This document shows, in pieces, positions 59,109-64,000 of a DNA stretch of 64,000 nucleotides. Below the pieces are notes generated by a model. It ran no database searches, had not been told where the DNA came from, and was given only the letters and a program-made list of their open reading frames with translations. This DNA is from Prochlorococcus sp. AG-363-N20 (GTDB lineage Bacteria > Cyanobacteriota > Cyanobacteriia > PCC-6307 > Cyanobiaceae). The stretch lies in assembly GCA_003280105.1 (NCBI GenBank), contig QCFX01000002.1:24403-88402 (forward strand), given 5' to 3'. The position numbers and the translations under genes were made by a program. Each line of letters opens with the position of its first letter. The stretch's first letter is position 1.

Positions 59109-61307
59109 CTAATGAATTCTAATATCACCTATTTTCTTCCAAGGACCTAGCTCAACTAACTCTTTTGCAATATCTTTTTCACATGAAATCACCAAAGGTC
59201 CACATGTCTGGGGATCTACAATTAAATCCTTAATCTGTTTATATTCTTTACTGCCAATAGTCATTTCTCCAAGAGATAATTCAACGGGAGCGTTTTCACA
59301 AGTTGATGGCTCAAGTAAATCCCACGCAGAGCGATTAGCAGGTGCCAAACTACTTGAATATCCAGAATCGAGCAAACTTAATGCACCAGGCAAAGCAGGA
59401 ATCTTTTCCAAATCAAGCGTAATTCGTAATAATTTATCCCCTGCATTTTCACGCTTTATATTACTAGTTTTTAACATTTCCCCTAGGTGTGCAAGAAGAC
59501 CAAAACCAGTTATATCAGTACATGCATGGACGACTCTTCGGCTACTGTGAGCCAGCTCCATTTTGCGAAGAGAGTCAAAGATTTGGTATTGGCTAGTGAA
59601 AAGTTGTTCCACCGCAAAATCAAGGTCTTTGGTACACGCTTTACCTATCATTGCTGCGTTAAAAAGAACTCCAGTTCCCAAACTGCGGCTAATTAATATC
59701 ACATCTCCATCCTCTAATCCTGATTTAGACCATTTACGGTGCGTAACGCTAAAAATGCCATTTACAGAAAGTGATATTTGAATGCCCAAACTGCAAGGTA
59801 AAGGAGACGAACTTCTCGATTCCAAAGTATGTCCACCAACAATTTTTGCTCCTTGTGGCTCTAATGCTGATTGGATTCCAGAAAGAGATTGGACTAATAG
59901 TTCTTGTTGAATAGTTGTCTTTTCTTTAGGAAGCGTTATCACAACTTGAGCAGAAGAAGCAGCCAATCCACTAGCCCACAAATCAGAACAAGCATGCAGT
60001 GCTGTTATACGGCCATTAAGCCAAGGGTCGCTAATTAAAGCAGGGAATCCATCAACACTTTGATAAACATGTTCTCCTGAGACGGAAGATGCAATTAAGG
60101 CAGAGTCTTTAGGTTCTGTTCCTAATAGACCAAGGCCTACCTTTTCAAGAGAGTTGCTTAAGGTTTTTGCGCCTATTTTTGCTGCACAGCCTCTACAGTC
60201 CTGAGAGAAATCTTGATCCCGACTATTTATATTTTTCATTACTGCATTAATTAAAAATTTAGCCATAAATCTTCGATCAATGGCTTCTTTCAAGTTCCAA
60301 AGAAAGGAATAAGGCCCTAAAACGAATCCACCCCAAAAAGCTAAAGCAACAGGAGTCTCACTGTTAATTTGAACCCCTCCTAAAAGTTGCAAAGCTCTTT
60401 TCTGAGGCCGCCATGCCAATGGAGCTCTACCTTTACTGCATCTTTCAAGATTCTGTGCCAATGGCTTAGCAGCACGGACAGCCCAAACTCCAGATGGTGG
60501 TCGAAAATCACCTTGAATGACAGCACAATCCCCAGCCGCAAAAAGATGGTGATAATCATTTAACTGAAGAGTATCTTTTGTAAGTACTCGTCCTTGCATA
60601 TCAGTAGATAGACCACTTGCATGGAGCCAAGCAGGAGCTGAGCTTCCAGTGCAAAAAAGTGTTGGGCCTTTTATTTGATCATTTATTGAAAGTAAATCTA
60701 TGCTTGCTTCAAAAAGTGTACGAGTTAAGTTTTTATTTAATTGAGCAATATCTAACTGTAACTGGAGCTTCCTAAAAGGCCATCTGCGACGCAATGCTAA
60801 AACAACTTCTATGCCAGTAAAGCCAGAGCCAATTACGGTAAAAGGATGAGATTGATTGCTTTTGCTATAAAAATCCTGCTCTTTAATAAATTTAATTGAT
60901 TTTTCTAAAGGCCTTATTGGAATTGCATCATTCGGCATGTTTCCTGATATATGTCTCCCTGATTTAAAAGTTTCGGACCCAACATTAAGACTTAATCTTT
61001 CAAAGTTCATAAAAGGGCGGTCCTTCAAAAATAAACAGTTTTTGATAGGGTCTATGCCTTGAATTTCTGCTCCAACAAAAGCTACGCCCGAAGCATTTGC
61101 CAAACCTCTCAAGTCTAGAGAGGCTTCACTCTCATGATAATAACCAGCAATCAAACCAGGAACCATTCCTGAATAAAGAGTTCTAGAGCTCCGATTGACC
61201 AAAGTAATTAAACCTTGAGGCCTCAAATCAGGCTTCATAGCCCATCTTCTCAAAATCAAAGCATGAGTATGACCACCTCCTGCCAAGATCAAATGATTAT
61301 TAGGCAT
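59109..61307 (-). CDS. selD: Fusion protein: pyridine nucleotide-disulfide oxidoreductase-like domain + selenide, water dikinase (SelD)
   Basis: N-terminal HLILAGGGHTHALIL FAD/NAD fold and a later VIGSGFTGIEV. The C-terminal half has CRGCAAKIG (SelD Cys/Lys motif) and AIR-synthase-like domains. The track ORF extends to 61442, but ATG 61307 (MPNNHLILAGGG) is preferred. Confidence 0.83.
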   Translation of the reverse strand: MPNNHLILAGGGHTHALILRRWAMKPDLRPQGLITLVNRSSRTLYSGMVPGLIAGYYHESEASLDLRGLANASGVAFVGAEIQGIDPIKNCLFLKDRPFMNFERLSLNVGSETFKSGRHISGNMPNDAIPIRPLEKSIKFIKEQDFYSKSNQSHPFTVIGSGFTGIEVVLALRRRWPFRKLQLQLDIAQLNKNLTRTLFEASIDLLSINDQIKGPTLFCTGSSAPAWLHASGLSTDMQGRVLTKDTLQLNDYHHLFAAGDCAVIQGDFRPPSGVWAVRAAKPLAQNLERCSKGRAPLAWRPQKRALQLLGGVQINSETPVALAFWGGFVLGPYSFLWNLKEAIDRRFMAKFLINAVMKNINSRDQDFSQDCRGCAAKIGAKTLSNSLEKVGLGLLGTEPKDSALIASSVSGEHVYQSVDGFPALISDPWLNGRITALHACSDLWASGLAASSAQVVITLPKEKTTIQQELLVQSLSGIQSALEPQGAKIVGGHTLESRSSSPLPCSLGIQISLSVNGIFSVTHRKWSKSGLEDGDVILISRSLGTGVLFNAAMIGKACTKDLDFAVEQLFTSQYQIFDSLRKMELAHSSRRVVHACTDITGFGLLAHLGEMLKTSNIKRENAGDKLLRITLDLEKIPALPGALSLLDSGYSSSLAPANRSAWDLLEPSTCENAPVELSLGEMTIGSKEYKQIKDLIVDPQTCGPLVISCEKDIAKELVELGPWKKIGDIRIH

Positions 61308-61419
61308 TGGCCTCAAAAAAGACTTATGCTTAGCTAAAGGACTTTTAAATGTCTTAGCATACTTTTTAGAAAAAGAATTGATATTATATTGATATAAGAA
61401 ATAAAAAAGAATATAAATA

Positions 61420-62532
61420 TTAATTGGAAGGTAAAAGAGCATTCATTCCGTCTTTTGTGCAAGGTAAAACTCCTTTGTCCGTAATTAAAGACGTAATCAA
61501 TTTGGCTGGTGTTATATCAAAGGCAGGGTTGAATGCAACAGTGGATGTAGGAGAAAGATTGACTCTCGATATTTCAAATCTCTCGGTAGTATTTATTAGC
61601 TTTCCTTCTATTTGAGTCACTTCATCTTGAGCACGTTTCTCAATAGGTATCCCATGAAAACCATTTGAAGTAGACCAATCAATTGTAGATGATGGCAAAG
61701 CCACATAGAAAGGTATATTGTTTACTTTTGCTGCCACTGCCTTTAAATAAGTTCCAATCTTATTACAAACATCACCACTAGAAGAAACTCTATCTGCTCC
61801 AACAATTACTGCATCAACTAATTGATTTTGCATTAAGTATCCTCCTGCATTATCTACAATTAAAGTGTGAGGGATTCCTTCGCAGCCCAGTTCATAAGCC
61901 GTCAAACGGGATCCTTGATTGCGAGGCCTTGTTTCATCGACCCACACATGTATATCAAGACCCTCTCTGTGTGCCTTATAAATAGGTGCTAATGCTGTAC
62001 CCCAATCAACAGTTGCCAGCCAGCCGGCATTGCAATGGGTCAAAACATTTAATGGCTTATTAGATTGATTTCTATTTCTTCTTTTAAGAAGTTGATGAAA
62101 AACAGACAGTCCATTTAATCCAATCTGCTCACACATAGCTACATCTTCTTTCTCTATTAATTTAGCTTCTTCCATTGCAGCAGAAGCTCTTTGCTGGATC
62201 TCTACCGATCTAACTTTCTTCTTAACTCTTTCTACTGCCCACCTAAGGTTAATTGCTGTAGGCCTTGTAGCAATTAATTGATTTATGGCCAAGTCTAGAG
62301 AATGGTCGCTTGGATCTTTCTTCATAGCAAGCATTACTCCATAAGCACTAGTTACACCAATAAGAGGAGCACCACGCACAACCATTGAAGTAATAGCTTC
62401 GGCAACTTCCTTGCATGTGCGAAGTGATTTAGTTGTGAATTGATAGGGAAGCTTAGTTTGATCAATGACACATATAGAAGAATCTCCTTCTTCTAGCCAA
62501 ATACTACGCCAAGCTATTCCATCAATGTTCAT
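61420..62532 (-). CDS. mtnA: Methylthioribose-1-phosphate isomerase
   Basis: VVRGAPLIGVTSAYG, THCNAGWLATVDWGTAL, ETRPRNQGSRLTAYEL and VGADRVSSSGDVCNKIGTY; 370 aa. Confidence 0.9.
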   Translation of the reverse strand: MNIDGIAWRSIWLEEGDSSICVIDQTKLPYQFTTKSLRTCKEVAEAITSMVVRGAPLIGVTSAYGVMLAMKKDPSDHSLDLAINQLIATRPTAINLRWAVERVKKKVRSVEIQQRASAAMEEAKLIEKEDVAMCEQIGLNGLSVFHQLLKRRNRNQSNKPLNVLTHCNAGWLATVDWGTALAPIYKAHREGLDIHVWVDETRPRNQGSRLTAYELGCEGIPHTLIVDNAGGYLMQNQLVDAVIVGADRVSSSGDVCNKIGTYLKAVAAKVNNIPFYVALPSSTIDWSTSNGFHGIPIEKRAQDEVTQIEGKLINTTERFEISRVNLSPTSTVAFNPAFDITPAKLITSLITDKGVLPCTKDGMNALLPSN

Positions 62533-62852
62533 TAATCGAAGAGAAGAGTATCGGCAGTTTCACAATACATGAATTATACCTTAGAGAATAACTACATTAC
62601 CTTGAAAGAATTGAATTAATAAGACCTTAAAGTTTATCGCAATTTCTTAAAAAAGTATCATTTAAAACTCCAGACTTAAAGCCTTAAAGGGGTCTTTAAA
62701 TTAAGAGTAGAGCAGGTTTTTAACGAGAGTTAATCACTAAAGATAATTAGAACTAACTTTAATGGAATTGCTATCAGGTGTAAAACAACTGTACATATAC
62801 ATTCGAAACTCCAAGCAGCTAGGATAAAGAGAACAAATATGCCAGAATCTAA

Positions 62853-63767
62853 TTGCAGCCGTCTAATGATTACAGTCTTAAAGAGGCCCGTCTTGGGATC
62901 TTGGGTGGCAGTGGCCTTTACTCCATAGAAGAACTTACGGAACTGCAGGAATTAAATATCGAGACTCCTTTTGGAAAACCTTCTGACAAATTGCGATTAG
63001 GGAAATTAGGTGGAATGGAAGTGATTTTTCTGGCACGTCATGGAAGGCATCATACGTTTACTCCAACAGAAGTTCCTTATCGTGCAAATATCTGGGCGCT
63101 GAGATCACTAGGTGTGAGATGGATTCTTTCACCATCTGCAGTTGGCTCACTTCAAGAGCAAGTAAGACCTCTCGATATGGTCGTCCCAGATCAATTTATT
63201 GATCGAACCCATCAAAGGCCTCTCACTTTTTTCTCAGATGGGGCGGTCGCTCATGTGACTATGGCCGATCCATTTTGTCCAACACTTTCGCGAATTCTTG
63301 CTGAAGAAGGAACAAGGCTTATGCCAGAAGGAAGACAGCTTCATAAAGGGGGTACGTACTTAGCCATGGAAGGTCCTGCCTTCTCAACACGCGCCGAATC
63401 TAATTTATATAGGAACTGGGGATGCACAGTGATTGGAATGACAAATCACACTGAGGCACGTCTAGCTAGGGAAGCAGAAATAGCCTATGCATCATTATCT
63501 ATGGCGACTGATTATGATTGCTGGCATGAAGAACATACAAATGTCACTGTTGACATAGTCATTGAGAATCTACGAGCAAATGCAGAAGTCGCCAAAAAAA
63601 TTGTAAAGGCAACAGCCGAAAAGATTTCCTCCCTAAGGCCAATTAGCGCAGCTCATCATGCCTTAAAAGATGGACTAATGACAGCAAAGGATAAAATTCC
63701 TGATCAAACAAGAATGAAAATTGATCTATTTACAAGGCCTTATTGGGGGGAGTTCAAACCCCATTAA
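62853..63767 (+). CDS. mtnP: S-methyl-5'-thioadenosine phosphorylase
   Basis: LGILGGSGLY, FLARHGRHHTFTPTEVPYRANIWALRSLGV and MTNHTEARLAREA. TTG start in the track, so the exact start is uncertain. Confidence 0.9.
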   Translation: MQPSNDYSLKEARLGILGGSGLYSIEELTELQELNIETPFGKPSDKLRLGKLGGMEVIFLARHGRHHTFTPTEVPYRANIWALRSLGVRWILSPSAVGSLQEQVRPLDMVVPDQFIDRTHQRPLTFFSDGAVAHVTMADPFCPTLSRILAEEGTRLMPEGRQLHKGGTYLAMEGPAFSTRAESNLYRNWGCTVIGMTNHTEARLAREAEIAYASLSMATDYDCWHEEHTNVTVDIVIENLRANAEVAKKIVKATAEKISSLRPISAAHHALKDGLMTAKDKIPDQTRMKIDLFTRPYWGEFKPH

Positions 63768-63798
63768 TTACTTATTGCTCAAATCAACCATTCATTAA

Positions 63799-63833
63799 AA
63801 AACCAGCCCTTCAAACCTAGAAAGGCTGGTTTT
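63799..63833. terminator. Bidirectional hairpin between convergent mtnP and psbJ
   Basis: AAAACCAGCC ... GGCTGGTTTT: a 10-bp stem and 15-nt loop, with an A-run on one side and a T-run on the other. Confidence 0.6.
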
Positions 63834-63835
63834 GA

Positions 63836-63866
63836 TTGAAGGCTTTTTATTCTAAGAAGCCTTCAA
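63836..63866. terminator. Second hairpin between mtnP and psbJ
   Basis: TTGAAGGCTT-(11 nt)-AAGCCTTCAA, a perfect 10-bp stem read directly. Confidence 0.55.
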
Positions 63867-63899
63867 CAAATGCTGAAATCATCTATGAACTTAAGTCTG

Positions 63900-64000
63900 T
63901 CAACTTAAGTAATTCATTGTGTTATAGGAACCATACATGAAGATTCCTAGAACAAAAATTACAGCCAATCCTCCCGCAGTAGCTATAAGCCATAAAGGAA
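63900..64000 (-). CDS. psbJ: Photosystem II protein J, C-terminal part; the 5' end lies outside the window
   Basis: Hand translation of the minus strand gives ...[32 protein letters not shown]. The PLW(L/V)xATxxGxxVIxVLGIFxYGSY core is canonical PsbJ. Confidence 0.78.
   Translation of the reverse strand, partial: PLWLIATAGGLAVIFVLGIFMYGSYNTMNYLS

Noticed and set aside
61308-61442. 45-codon N-terminal extension of the SelD fusion (MLFYLPINIYILFYF...)
   Set aside because: It is AT-rich, low-complexity, and overlaps the mtnA 3' end. The Rossmann motif begins right after the internal MPNNH start.

Overview
This 64-kb window looks like chromosomal DNA from a low-GC marine picocyanobacterium. It is most consistent with a low-light-adapted Prochlorococcus: it has a complete phycoerythrin cluster with a short 155-aa alpha subunit, plus psbB/psbT/psbM/psbJ, petBD and minCDE. 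That identity is inference, because no search was run.

The window falls into three blocks.

1. Bases 1-17.8 kb hold core genes: a neutral invertase 3' end, petD-petB, ctpA, an HD-domain hydrolase, minCDE, tRNA-Thr, tsaC, prmC, a thioesterase, psbM, psbB-psbT, nrdR, rpsA, a HAD hydrolase, metK, an FGGY kinase and a DUF2470 protein.

2. Bases 17.8-43.2 kb hold a surface-polysaccharide island of about 25 kb that starts directly after tRNA-Phe.
- It has a UDP-uronic acid / UDP-xylose module and an MsbA/PglK-type ABC exporter.
- It has several glycosyltransferases, a methyltransferase followed by an AsnB-like amidotransferase, and a five-gene CDP-hexose cassette with a C-methyltransferase.
- It also has an EpsG/Wzy-like membrane protein, a DUF218 protein and a WecA-type initiating transferase.

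3. Bases 43.2-64 kb hold a PucC-like MFS protein and the phycoerythrin cluster (ppeC, cpeS, cpeT, cpeY, a third HEAT-repeat lyase, cpeZ, cpeBA). After these come a second ABC exporter, uvrD/pcrA, a CCA/poly(A)-polymerase family protein, an oxidoreductase-SelD fusion, divergent mtnA/mtnP and the 3' end of psbJ.

I saw no rRNA, CRISPR array, transposase or integrase.

The most notable observations are these:
- Two 8-nt G/C homopolymer tracts sit inside island genes (rfbG and the 5' end of an orphan glycosyltransferase-like gene). This is the classic layout of slipped-strand contingency loci.
- The CDP-linked branched-chain sugar cassette is tightly coupled and predicts an unusual C-methylated deoxysugar.
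- An ABC flippase-type exporter is combined with a Wzy/EpsG-like polymerase, with no Wzx, Wzz or Wza in the window.
- A PucC/LhaA-like protein and several uncharacterised small ORFs flank the phycoerythrin genes.

Three small photosystem genes (psbM, psbT, psbJ) are absent from the supplied ORF track, being below its apparent ~60-aa reporting floor, and were recovered by hand translation.
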